Shown here: one piece after another, positions 1-9,602 of the stretch
Numbering within the stretch: the first letter of the stretch is position 1
Layout of the letters: each line of letters starts with the position of its first letter
Assembly: GCA_958296135.2 (NCBI GenBank)
Contig: CATQHZ020000001.1
Span: 192,001 to 256,000 of the forward strand
Direction: 5' to 3'
Length of the DNA: 64,000 nucleotides
DNA from: an uncultured Poribacteria bacterium
GTDB taxonomy: Bacteria; Poribacteria; WGA-4E; WGA-3G
Notes under the pieces: generated by a model
Told to the model about the DNA's origin: nothing
What the model saw: only the letters and a program-made list of their open reading frames with translations
Database searches by the model: none
Program-made: the position numbers and the translations under genes

Positions 1-1104
1 ATCTACCTTCTGGGGCGAACGCAGCGGTGTCCCTATAGTGTCGGCATCGTTGGCGTAAAGAGCATCACGCAGTTGAACTATGACAGGACGATTTCTCCGT
101 TCAATATTCAGGATGAATTCCACCTGCCGAATTTCACGTTGGCGGAGGTGCGAGAACTGCTTGGGCAGTATACAGCAGAAGTGGGTCAGGTTTTTGCGCC
201 GGCGGTTCATGCCACCCTTCATAGGCAGACAGGTGGGCAGCCGTTCCTTGTGAACCGGCTTGCGCAGATACTCACCGAGGAGATGGATATCCCGAAGACG
301 GAGCCGATTCACTTGGAACACTTTGCCGTGGCGCATCGGCACATCCTTCGGGAACGCAATGTCAACGTCCAGCATCTGACTACCAATATTCGGCGAGATC
401 CGCGCTTTCAACAGCGGCTGATGCAAATCACGGCTTACGATGAAGGCGTAGACTTCAATCTTGATGACGATGTTCTCAGTGAACTTGCGACGTATGGTGT
501 GATTGTAGCCGGTGAAGATGAGATGTGTGAGATTGCGAGTCCGATTTATCTTTACCGGATTTTGCGGGTGTTCCAACCGCTCATAAACGGGCTGGAGCAA
601 GAATACTATCGGCAAGATACGGGCAATGGGTATCATGCGTATCTCACTGCGTCAGGGGAGATTGCGATGGGGAGATTGCTGGATAACTTCCGTGATTTCA
701 TTGCGCGTGCTGGGTTCCGCATCTTGCAAGTGCCGGAGACGCCGCGGGAATATGTTGGGCAGTATCTGCTTTTTGCTTATCTAGACCAGTTTGTTCGGCA
801 AGTGCGGGGTGCGATGCATCTAGAAGTGCAGACTGGGCGGGGTCGCGCGGACTTGGTGATATTCCATGAGGGTAGGAAACATATAGTGGAGACGAAGCTT
901 TGGCAAGGTGCGTTGAGTTATGCGGCGGGCAAGGCGCAGCTGGCTGCGTATCTAACCTTAGAAGGCGTTCAGGAGGGCTACTACATCGTGTTCGATCACC
1001 GTGAGGTGCCGGTGCCGCGTTCGGAGACAGAGCGGGTATCTGGGGTGACGATTCGGAGTTATGTCATTCCGGTGCTGCAAGAGCGGCCCTCAACAGTGGG
1101 CTGA
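1..1104 (+). CDS. AAA-like ATPase with C-terminal PD-(D/E)XK nuclease domain (5'-partial)
   Basis: Frame is open from base 1 (IYLLGRTQRCPYSVGIVGVKSITQLNY...). Near-identical to the C-terminal two-thirds of 1142..2764. Has GRADL...IVETK and QLAAYL motifs. Confidence 0.8.
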   Translation: MYLLGRTQRCPYSVGIVGVKSITQLNYDRTISPFNIQDEFHLPNFTLAEVRELLGQYTAEVGQVFAPAVHATLHRQTGGQPFLVNRLAQILTEEMDIPKTEPIHLEHFAVAHRHILRERNVNVQHLTTNIRRDPRFQQRLMQITAYDEGVDFNLDDDVLSELATYGVIVAGEDEMCEIASPIYLYRILRVFQPLINGLEQEYYRQDTGNGYHAYLTASGEIAMGRLLDNFRDFIARAGFRILQVPETPREYVGQYLLFAYLDQFVRQVRGAMHLEVQTGRGRADLVIFHEGRKHIVETKLWQGALSYAAGKAQLAAYLTLEGVQEGYYIVFDHREVPVPRSETERVSGVTIRSYVIPVLQERPSTVG

Positions 1105-1141
1105 TGCTGTGAGCGGCTGTAAACGTTGAGAGGAGCGAGAG

Positions 1142-2764
1142 ATGAGATGGTTTGAAACGCGAGGGCCCGTGAACCCTGAGGATAACTATGTCGTTGTCCG
1201 TCCGAAGGAGACAGCGGATTTCATCAAGCGAGTGGAGCGGGGGCGCTATATCGTGCTGTTTGCGCCGCGGCAGACGGGGAAGACGACGTTCTTCAAGACA
1301 GTGCTTGAGCAGCTTGAAACCGCGGCAGCAGGTGCCTATTTCCCTATTCAACTCAATTTTGAGATTTATGAAGATTGGAGCGGTTCTGAATCGGAGTTTT
1401 ACGGCGTTTTCTACAAGCGCGTGTGCCAAGAAATTGCGAACGTTGCCCACGCGCGGAAACTGCAGACCGGTGAAGCCGCCTTAACGCAGTTTTTGGAGAA
1501 CACCCACATAACCGACCGGTTCTCACTGCTCGAGTTTTTTGAATCTCTCGGACAGTTGCTCAAAAACCTGCCGGTAGTCCTTATCATTGACGAGTTTGAC
1601 GCTATTCCGCCGACTGCAGTGAAAGGGTTTCTCCGCACTCTCCGGCACATCTATATCTCAGGCAAACCTCGGTGTCCGCACAGCGTCGCCATTGTCGGGG
1701 TGAAAAACATCACGCAGTTGAACTATGACAGGACGATTTCTCCGTTCAATATTCAGGATGAATTCCACCTGCCGAATTTCACGTTGGCGGAGGTGCGAGA
1801 ACTGCTTGGGCAGTATACAGCAGAAGTAGGTCAGGTTTTTGCGCCGGCGGTCCTCGCCACCCTTCATAGGCAGACAGGTGGGCAGCCGTTCCTTGTGAAC
1901 CGGCTTGCGCAGATACTCACCGAGGAGATGGACATTCCGAAGGCGGAGACGATTGCGATGCCGCACTTCGCAATGGCACACCAGCAACTCCTGGGCGAAG
2001 AGAACGTCAACCTTGTGCACCTCCGGACGAATGTCCGCCGAAATCCGCGCTTTCAACGTCGTCTGATGCAAATCACCTCCTATGATGAAGGCGTAGATTT
2101 CAATCTGGACGATGAGGTGCTCAGCGAATTGGCTACCTACGGTGTCATTGCAAAAGGGGCAGGCGGCCTGTGTGAGATTGCGAGTCCGATTTATCTTTAC
2201 CGGATTTTGCGGGTGTTCCAACCGCTCATAAACGGGCTGGAGCAAGAATACTATCCACAAGATACGGGCAATGGGTATCATGCGTATCTCACTGCGTCCG
2301 GGGAGATTGCGATGGAGCGGTTGCTGGATAACTTCCGTGATTTCATTGCGCGTGCTGGGTTCCGCATCTTGCAAGTGCCGTCGACGCCGCGGGAATATGT
2401 TGGGCAGTATCTGCTTTTTGCTTATCTGGACCAGTTTGTTCGGCAAGTGCGGGGTGCGATGCATCTAGAAGTGCAGACTGGGCGGGGTCGCGCGGACTTG
2501 GTGATATTCCATGAGGGTAGGAAACATATAGTGGAGACGAAGCTTTGGCAAGGTGCGTTGAGTTATGCGGCGGGCAAGGCGCAGCTAGCTGCGTATCTAA
2601 CCTTAGAAGGCGTTCAGGAGGGCTACTACATCGTGTTCGATCATCGTGAAACGCCGGTGCCGCGTGCGGAGACAGAGCGGGTATCTGGGGTGACGATTCG
2701 GAGTTACGTCATCCCGGTGATGCAGGAGCGGCCCTCAACACCGACAACGGAGGAAGTATCATGA
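1142..2764 (+). CDS. AAA-like ATPase / PD-(D/E)XK nuclease fusion protein
   Basis: Walker A APRQTGKTT, Walker B LIIDEFD, C-terminal GRADL..VETK..QLAAY nuclease motif, SD GAGGAG upstream. Confidence 0.85.
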   Translation: MRWFETRGPVNPEDNYVVVRPKETADFIKRVERGRYIVLFAPRQTGKTTFFKTVLEQLETAAAGAYFPIQLNFEIYEDWSGSESEFYGVFYKRVCQEIANVAHARKLQTGEAALTQFLENTHITDRFSLLEFFESLGQLLKNLPVVLIIDEFDAIPPTAVKGFLRTLRHIYISGKPRCPHSVAIVGVKNITQLNYDRTISPFNIQDEFHLPNFTLAEVRELLGQYTAEVGQVFAPAVLATLHRQTGGQPFLVNRLAQILTEEMDIPKAETIAMPHFAMAHQQLLGEENVNLVHLRTNVRRNPRFQRRLMQITSYDEGVDFNLDDEVLSELATYGVIAKGAGGLCEIASPIYLYRILRVFQPLINGLEQEYYPQDTGNGYHAYLTASGEIAMERLLDNFRDFIARAGFRILQVPSTPREYVGQYLLFAYLDQFVRQVRGAMHLEVQTGRGRADLVIFHEGRKHIVETKLWQGALSYAAGKAQLAAYLTLEGVQEGYYIVFDHRETPVPRAETERVSGVTIRSYVIPVMQERPSTPTTEEVS

Positions 2765-3246
2765 AGGGAATTATCGTGTTAAGTTTACTACTGTGCCTCG
2801 CCGCGTGCGGCCCGAAAAGCATTCCCTATTCGGACAGCACGGGCGCACCGGAACCCAGCGATGTCGCAAAATCGCACTACAACTGGGGCATGGAAGCCGC
2901 CCAAAATGGCGACCTGGCGCAAGCAATTATTGAACTGAAATTGGCGATTCAAAATGAACCGCGCTGGGCAATGCCCTATTTCTCCCTCGGGGTTGTCTAC
3001 GGAAATCAGGGAGAGCTCGACCGGGCTATCCCCGCGTGGGAGCGCGCAACCCAACTGGACACCGACTTTGCGAAGGCGCATTACAACCTCGCTGTCGCCT
3101 ACTCGGTGAAGAAACAGAAAACGTTGTCCGTTGCATCGCTGCGCGAAGCAGCGCGGTTAGATAAAGCGGCACTGTCTGCCGCGAAGGCGGAACCCGGATT
3201 TGATAACATCCGGGATATGCCGGAATATCAGGAATTGGTGCAATAG
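2761..3246 (+). CDS. TPR-repeat lipoprotein
   Basis: Lipobox LAAC and TPR consensus (YFSLGVVY..A..AWERA, AHYNLAVAY). Confidence 0.85.
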   Translation: MKGIIVLSLLLCLAACGPKSIPYSDSTGAPEPSDVAKSHYNWGMEAAQNGDLAQAIIELKLAIQNEPRWAMPYFSLGVVYGNQGELDRAIPAWERATQLDTDFAKAHYNLAVAYSVKKQKTLSVASLREAARLDKAALSAAKAEPGFDNIRDMPEYQELVQ

Positions 3247-3259
3247 GAGGCAACACAAC

Positions 3260-4704
3260 ATGAGAAATGCCCTCTACTTTGGCGATAACCTCCAGGTGAT
3301 GCGCGAGATGCAAACCGCACGCTACCACACCTGCTACCTCGATCCGCCGTTCAACAGCGGCCGCACCTACAACATCTTCCTCGCCGGCTCCAAGGCGCAA
3401 CGCAAAGCGTTTGATGATATCTGGCGGTGGGACGACGCGGCGCGCCAAAATCAAGACGCTGTCCTCCACTACGATGGGCGGCATCCCGAACTGGTTGAAA
3501 CGATGGACAATGTATCAGATTGTTTATCAGGGTTTAACTATTGGTTAACAAGGGGGGGGGTAAAGCAGGAGAATCGATGCGTGCCTATCTCGCCTTCATG
3601 GCACCGCGCCTGGCGGAGATTTGGCGGTTGCTGCGGCCGGACGGGTGTGTCTATTTACACTGCGATGCGCACGCCAGTCACTATCTGAAATGCATGATGG
3701 ATGCGATTTTTGGCGCGGCGCATTTCCGGAACGAGCTCGTGTGGGGATATCGGACAGGCGGCGTGAGTAAGAAGCACTGGCCCCGAAAACATGATACGCT
3801 GCTGTTCTATGTCAAGTCGGGTGCTTATCAGCACAACCCGTTGCAAGAGCGCATCTACTACGATAAGCCATTTTTCACGGCGCAACAAGATGAGCAAGGG
3901 CGTTACTACGCCGATGTGTTTGTCCGAGATGTGTGGGAGGACATCAAACCGCTCATTAATGTCTCCAAAGAGCGTCTCGGCTATCCGACGCAAAAGCCGC
4001 TCGCGCTTTTGGAACGCATCATCAAAGCCTCCACGAATCCCGGTGATATCGTCTTCGATCCGTTTTGTGGCTGCGGCACCGCGTTAGATGCAGCGCATGG
4101 CCTCAACCGGCACTGGGTAGGCATCGATTTGACGGTGCTCGCTTTGGAACCGATGGAGCGGCGGCTGCGCGAACGCCACGGGCTTGTCCCCAAAGTGGAT
4201 TACGACATTGAGGGATACCCAACAACGCGTCAGGATGCCATGCTGCTCGCTGAACAGAACCCACACGACTTTGCAAACTGGGCTGTCACCCGATTGGGAC
4301 TTGCGCCAACAGCTAACAGCAACGATGGCGGGTTCGATGGCACGGGGAAGGTGCTGCTTTGGGAAAACAGCAGCGCGGCGACGCAGCTGCCTGTCATCGC
4401 GGAAGTGAAATCGGGGAGGAGTCTGTCTCCCAATCAGGTGCGCGCGTTCCGCACGGCGATGCAGGATACGAACGCCGCCATCGGGATTTTCATTACGTTG
4501 CACCCTGTCACGCGCGGAATGCGGCATCTCGCCGAGGCAGAAGGTGCAATTGAGCATAACGGGCGACGGTATCCTCGGTTGCAATTTTGGCAGCTAACGG
4601 ATACCTATTTTGAGGCGGGCCTCATCCCCGTGAACTTGCCGTGGCAAGTAGATGAACGTCCAAAGGCCGAACGGCACTACGGTGCGGAGCAAACCTATTT
4701 CTGA
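3260..4704 (+). pseudogene. N6/N4 DNA methyltransferase with C-terminal Mrr-like endonuclease domain, frameshifted at G9 tract 3552-3560
   Basis: ATG 3260 follows AGGAGG. The first frame has LYFGDNL and YLDPPFNSG. The second frame has YPTQKP, DPFCGCGT and DGGFDG...EVKSG. G10 or G7 would join the frames. Confidence 0.85.
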
Positions 4705-5654
4705 TGGCGAATTACACCACACTTTCACCTACATCCCTCGCGGAAGTTGTGTCCCATTACACAATCGGCGAAGCGCAGCGGCTTGAAGAGATTCCCGGCG
4801 GATTCGGAAACAGCAACTTTAAGTTGACGACGACAGATGGCGCGTTTCTGCTGAAAATTTGTGATGAGAAAAATGCGGCGGAACTCCAGATACAACTCAA
4901 ACTGCTCGCGCATCTGCAGGAGCATGCTTATCCGACAGCGTATCCCATTTTGCAGAAGAACGGCGAGGCTGTCTACGTTAGCGCGCCCACAGAATACCGC
5001 ATCATGCTCTATCCGTTTTTGCCGGGGGGCACGCCGCAACTCTCACCAAAGGTGCTAGCGCAGCTCGGCGAGGCGTTGGCAAAACTGCATTGCATCCCGC
5101 CGATTGCAGGACTGCCGCGCTTTCCGATGGGAATGTCGCAAATCGTCCCTTTTTTAGTGGAAGTGCAAACGACACAATTTGCGGCGCACCCGTTTATCAA
5201 CTGGATGAACTCGCAGCTTGAATGGATGGAACCGCAACTCAATGAACCGTTGCCTACTGGGCTTTTGCACGGAGATCTTTTTGCAGATAATACCCTTTTT
5301 GAGGATGAGCAACTCGTCGCGATTCTTGACTTTGAGGAGGGGTGTCACGATACCTTGCTCATTGATGTCGGCATGACAATTGTCGGGTGCTGTTATTCGG
5401 AGCGGCATGAATTGCGCGCGGAATGGGCGCGCTGTTTTTTAACTGCCTACGATGCACTGCGTCCGTTAACGCCGCGCGAATGGGAATGTTTGGACTGTTT
5501 TGTTCGCTACGCCGCCCTTGCTATTGCTTTCTGGCGATTCCGACAATTCAACATCCGCCGCCCGGATGCGCGCCGCGCGGATATGTATCAGGAGATGGTA
5601 ACCCGCAGTGCCGCGTGGCATGCCGTTTTTCCAAAAACTCACAGACACCCATAG
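4704..5654 (+). CDS. thrB: Type II homoserine kinase / APH-family phosphotransferase
   Basis: N-terminal YT..L...Y.IG, NSNF, Brenner motif LHGDLFADN, ILDFE. Confidence 0.75.
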   Translation: MANYTTLSPTSLAEVVSHYTIGEAQRLEEIPGGFGNSNFKLTTTDGAFLLKICDEKNAAELQIQLKLLAHLQEHAYPTAYPILQKNGEAVYVSAPTEYRIMLYPFLPGGTPQLSPKVLAQLGEALAKLHCIPPIAGLPRFPMGMSQIVPFLVEVQTTQFAAHPFINWMNSQLEWMEPQLNEPLPTGLLHGDLFADNTLFEDEQLVAILDFEEGCHDTLLIDVGMTIVGCCYSERHELRAEWARCFLTAYDALRPLTPREWECLDCFVRYAALAIAFWRFRQFNIRRPDARRADMYQEMVTRSAAWHAVFPKTHRHP

Positions 5655-5656
5655 GG

Positions 5657-5858
5657 CACCGCTAGGAACGACAAAAAACCGATAGCCAAGGCTTGCTGAC
5701 AAGACGCATCCTATCTGCCCAGACGCAGTTGAACCACCGCTAGGAACAACAAAAAGCCGATAGCCAAGGTTTGCAAGTCTTGACAACGTCAAGACGGCCT
5801 GATAAGACGCATCCTATCTGCCCAGACGCAGTTGAACCACCGCTAGGAACAACAAAAG
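5657..5858. repeat. Imperfect tandem repeat (three CACCGCTAGGAAC copies) ending at the ABC-F start codon
   Basis: CACCGCTAGGAAC(G/A)ACAAAA occurs three times and AAGACGCATCCTATCTGCCCAGACGCAGTTGAAC twice. Confidence 0.85.
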
Positions 5859-5859
5859 T

Positions 5860-7584
5860 ATGTCACTCATTCATTTAGAACACGTCACGAAATTATATGA
5901 TCCGGCACTCATTTTGGACGATATTTCTGTCTCAATTGAGCACGGAGACCGGATTGGGTTAATTGGCCGTAACGGAACCGGAAAAACAACGTTAGTTAAA
6001 ATTATCGGGAGAGAGCTGCACGATTTTAAAGGGCGCGTTACCGCGTCAAAAGGATTGCGCATCGGCTACCTGAGTCAAGAGGCAGAGTTTGAGCACGACC
6101 GGACGCTGCGGCAGGAAATGCTGCAGGTGTTTGAGGCGCGGCGCACGCTAGAAGATGAGATGCTCCTGCTCGCAGAGGAAATGGAGATAGAAGATAACCC
6201 ATCGCTACTAGCGCAATATGCGCAGCTGCAGGAAAAGCACGAACGCCTCGGCGGCTATGACTATGAGGCTCAGATAAACCGAATCCTCGGCGGCTTGGGG
6301 TTCAGCGAATTGGATTTCACGCTACCCCTGCGGGTCCTCAGCGGCGGCCAGAAAAGCCGCGCGATGCTCGCAAAACTGCTCTTGGAAACACCAGACCTGT
6401 TGCTTTTTGACGAACCGACGAACCATCTCGACATCAACGGGATTCAGTGGCTCGAAAATTACCTGAATACCGAATACACCGGCGCGGTTCTTGTTGTGTC
6501 GCACGACAGGTATTTTTTAGATAAGGTTATTCGGAAGGTCTGGGAATTAGAGGCGCACTCCATCAAGATATACCGCGGGAATTATTCAAAATATGTGGAG
6601 ACCAAGGCGGTGGAGCAGTTAGTCGGCGCGCGCGCGTTCAAGAAGCAGGAGGCGTTTATCGCGCACGAGGAAGATTTTATCCGCCGCAACCTCGCAGGAC
6701 AGCGCACCCGCGAGGCACAAGGCAGACGCAAAAAATTGGCGCGGTTGGCGCGAGTTGAAAAACCGAGGGCTGACTCGCCGACACTCAAACTTGACTTTAC
6801 GCCGAAGACCCGAGGAGGGAATGATATTCTGCGATGCCAAAACGTCGGCAAACAGTTCGGCGATAAGGTGGTTTTCACGGGGCTGGATTGTGAAGTGTTC
6901 CGGCGCGATGTCATCGGGATCCTCGGCGCGAACGGCACCGGGAAAACGACGCTGTTCCGCATGATTTTAGGACAAGAATCGCCAACGCAGGGGGAACTCT
7001 GGGTAGGGCCAACGCTGAAGTTCGGGTATTACACACAAGAATTAGAAGGGCTCAATCCGGACAATGAAATCATTGAAGAGATTTCAGAGCACCGGCCGAA
7101 GTGGACACTAGGGGAACTCCGCAGTTTTTTAGCCCGGTTCCTCTTCATCGGCGATGAGGTGTTCAAACGGGTGGGTGATTTAAGCGGCGGCGAACAGAGC
7201 CGCGTGTCGCTCGCGAAGTTGCTGTTAGAGAACGCGAACGTCCTGCTACTCGATGAACCGACGAACCACTTGGACATCCCGGCGCGCGAGGCACTGGAAT
7301 CCGCACTCGCCGAGTATCCGGCCACGCTTTTCATCATCTCGCATGACAGGTATCTCTTGAACGCGCTCGCAACAAAACTGCTCATTTTTGAGAAGGGCAC
7401 CGCGGCCCTTTTTAAAGGCACCTACGCCGACTATGAGGCGCAACAGCAACAAACCGCCGTGAAAAAGGTGAGCGCGGAAGTTGCGCAGCAACCGCAGCCG
7501 AAACGCGTGCCACTCGCAAAACGGAAGTCAAAATCCAAGCGAAAACGACATATTAAGGCGCAACGTTTGATCGATAGCGATTAA
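5860..7584 (+). CDS. ABC-F family ATP-binding protein (Uup/YheS-like)
   Basis: Two ABC cassettes (GRNGTGKT/LSGGQ/DEPTNHLD and GANGTGKT/LSGGE/DEPTNHLD), no TM segments. Confidence 0.9.
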   Translation: MSLIHLEHVTKLYDPALILDDISVSIEHGDRIGLIGRNGTGKTTLVKIIGRELHDFKGRVTASKGLRIGYLSQEAEFEHDRTLRQEMLQVFEARRTLEDEMLLLAEEMEIEDNPSLLAQYAQLQEKHERLGGYDYEAQINRILGGLGFSELDFTLPLRVLSGGQKSRAMLAKLLLETPDLLLFDEPTNHLDINGIQWLENYLNTEYTGAVLVVSHDRYFLDKVIRKVWELEAHSIKIYRGNYSKYVETKAVEQLVGARAFKKQEAFIAHEEDFIRRNLAGQRTREAQGRRKKLARLARVEKPRADSPTLKLDFTPKTRGGNDILRCQNVGKQFGDKVVFTGLDCEVFRRDVIGILGANGTGKTTLFRMILGQESPTQGELWVGPTLKFGYYTQELEGLNPDNEIIEEISEHRPKWTLGELRSFLARFLFIGDEVFKRVGDLSGGEQSRVSLAKLLLENANVLLLDEPTNHLDIPAREALESALAEYPATLFIISHDRYLLNALATKLLIFEKGTAALFKGTYADYEAQQQQTAVKKVSAEVAQQPQPKRVPLAKRKSKSKRKRHIKAQRLIDSD

Positions 7585-7649
7585 AAAGGGCGGAAATTTT
7601 GAAAAATGCGCCGAATTTGTCAAAAAAGAGATGTTTTTTGCATTTTAAT

Positions 7650-7692
7650 TTGACATTCGGCGAAAAATCGTGTATAATTATATCGTATACGA
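7650..7692 (+). promoter_or_regulatory. Sigma70 promoter with downstream palindrome (possible MarR operator)
   Basis: TTGACA-N17-TATAAT at 7650-7678 and palindrome TCGTATACGA at 7683-7692. Confidence 0.65.
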
Positions 7693-7768
7693 CGGATTTA
7701 CTTCGGATATAGGACGTTTTTTAGGTTCGGGCTGAAGTCTCGCTTCTAGCCCATATTGCGAGGAAAGG

Positions 7769-8632
7769 ATGTCTAAAGATAGGGAGTTTCATCAGGAAAT
7801 TGATGTTGTGATACGCGTGATGCGTCACGCGCAAGCAGCAGTCAAATCCCGGTTCATTCAGGAAGTCGTCCCCAATCGGCTGACGATTGTCCAATTCAAC
7901 GCGCTGCAACACTTGCACTGGTACGGACGTAATGCCGGCATGTCTGTCAGCGAATTAGGCGAGCACCTGGGGCTCGCGCATAATACCGCCTCCGGGCTCA
8001 TCGACCGGCTCGAACGGCACGGTTGGGTTGTCCGTCGTAAATGTCAAGAAGACCGGCGGCGGAGCCGCATTGAGCTCACACCGCAGGCTACGGAGCTTTT
8101 CCGTGAACAAGTGGAACATGCAACGAACTTTTGGCACTGCACCTTCGGGCAGCTCTCAGCCGAAGAGCAGACGAACCTGATTGAAAGCCTGAAACGGCTG
8201 AAGCAGGTGATGGCGCAACCAGTGTGGCCAAGTTACGCCCAGTTACACCCGCGCGATGCAGCGCATGTGCAAGAACGGTTTGAAACCGAACTTGACGCGC
8301 TCGCACAGGCGAAACTCAAACTCATCGGAATGCGGTTCATCCTCGCGCATCTCGCCGAACGGCGGAATGAACATGAACTCGCAGCATACCTGAATCAGGC
8401 AGCCTCCGAGGAAATTCGCCATACAAACCAGCTGTTTGCGACGCTCGGCCATGGAGAAAATTTCGAGACGCTCCTCGCCGCGCTCGTTCAGGAAGACCGG
8501 GTAGTCTACGAGGAAATGCTCTCCCTACTCGAAGGTGCACCGGATGCCCAAGAAAAGAGTGAGGAGATCACACTCCTCCAACAGATGGCTCAAGATAGCG
8601 AACGTTATAGCCGTTGGTTTCGCACGGCTTGA
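7769..8632 (+). CDS. MarR-family regulator with ferritin/rubrerythrin-like C-terminal domain
   Basis: LTIVQFNAL..SVSELGEHL..LIDRLE..EDRR wHTH. Helical C-terminal region has AAYLNQAASEEIRH. Confidence 0.8.
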   Translation: MSKDREFHQEIDVVIRVMRHAQAAVKSRFIQEVVPNRLTIVQFNALQHLHWYGRNAGMSVSELGEHLGLAHNTASGLIDRLERHGWVVRRKCQEDRRRSRIELTPQATELFREQVEHATNFWHCTFGQLSAEEQTNLIESLKRLKQVMAQPVWPSYAQLHPRDAAHVQERFETELDALAQAKLKLIGMRFILAHLAERRNEHELAAYLNQAASEEIRHTNQLFATLGHGENFETLLAALVQEDRVVYEEMLSLLEGAPDAQEKSEEITLLQQMAQDSERYSRWFRTA

Positions 8633-8904
8633 TTTCTTGTATTGGCGCAAAGCGTTCAAGGATAGTTTCTTGTGCAAAGCAAAGCCGTCTTCACAGTAGT
8701 CACAGAGAAGACTCGCCCGTTTTTGTCGCTTCACCTGAGAAGCTCAAAAACCGAAAACTAAATGTCTCTGTGTCGCCGGATAAGAAGGGCAAACAACCTA
8801 GTCATCATCAACGACGATGACGACAACGGGAAGACAACCGCCACAGCACCAGAAATCCCCGCCGAACGTCTTGCGAACCACAGAAAAGGTTTATAGAGGA
8901 AAAT

Positions 8905-9528
8905 ATGCAGTCCCAAAGCCCCGAAAGTCTCCCTCCAGAGTGTTACGATGATGCCGAACTGATTGAGCAGTTTCAGAACGGCGATACCGACGTGTTTGAC
9001 ACGCTTTTCACCCGATACCAGAAACGGACGTATCGCCTCGTGCAGCGGTTCGTCTCTAACCATGAAGATGCCCGCGATCTGACGCAAGACGCGTTCATCC
9101 GCGCCTACCAGGGGCTCGCTGATTTCAAGTGCCAGTGCCAGTTTTACAGCTGGCTCTACCGCATTACGGTGAATCTCTGTATCGATTTCTTACGGAAACA
9201 GGCGCGCTCGGAAGTGATGCTTTACGAGTCCGATGAATCCGAGGAATTGCCGATGGCAAGTGTCCCCGACCTACGCTCCGAATCGCCTTCCAAGGCACTG
9301 GAGAATAAGGAATTGCGGGCGCAACTTCGGAAAGCCATCCGGCGACTCCCGCCGAAGCAACGCCAGATCTTCACCTTGCGACACTGGGACGGGTTATCGC
9401 TGAAGGACATTGCGGCTACCGTCGGCCGGTCGGATGGAACCGTCAAGGCACATCTGTTCCATGCACACCGGAATCTCCGCAAACATCTGCGTTCTTACGT
9501 GCAGGAAGCCGGGCTGCTGTCAAAGTGA
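8905..9528 (+). CDS. ECF RNA polymerase sigma factor
   Basis: DAELI, DLTQDAFIRAY, SWLYRITVNLCID, LPPKQR..GTVKAHL. Confidence 0.9.
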   Translation: MQSQSPESLPPECYDDAELIEQFQNGDTDVFDTLFTRYQKRTYRLVQRFVSNHEDARDLTQDAFIRAYQGLADFKCQCQFYSWLYRITVNLCIDFLRKQARSEVMLYESDESEELPMASVPDLRSESPSKALENKELRAQLRKAIRRLPPKQRQIFTLRHWDGLSLKDIAATVGRSDGTVKAHLFHAHRNLRKHLRSYVQEAGLLSK

Positions 9529-9602
9529 GTCGCCGCCCAGCAGGACAGAGCCATGCATAGGTAGAGCTCTCTCGAGAGCTCTACCAACGAAGGGTATCTG
9601 GA

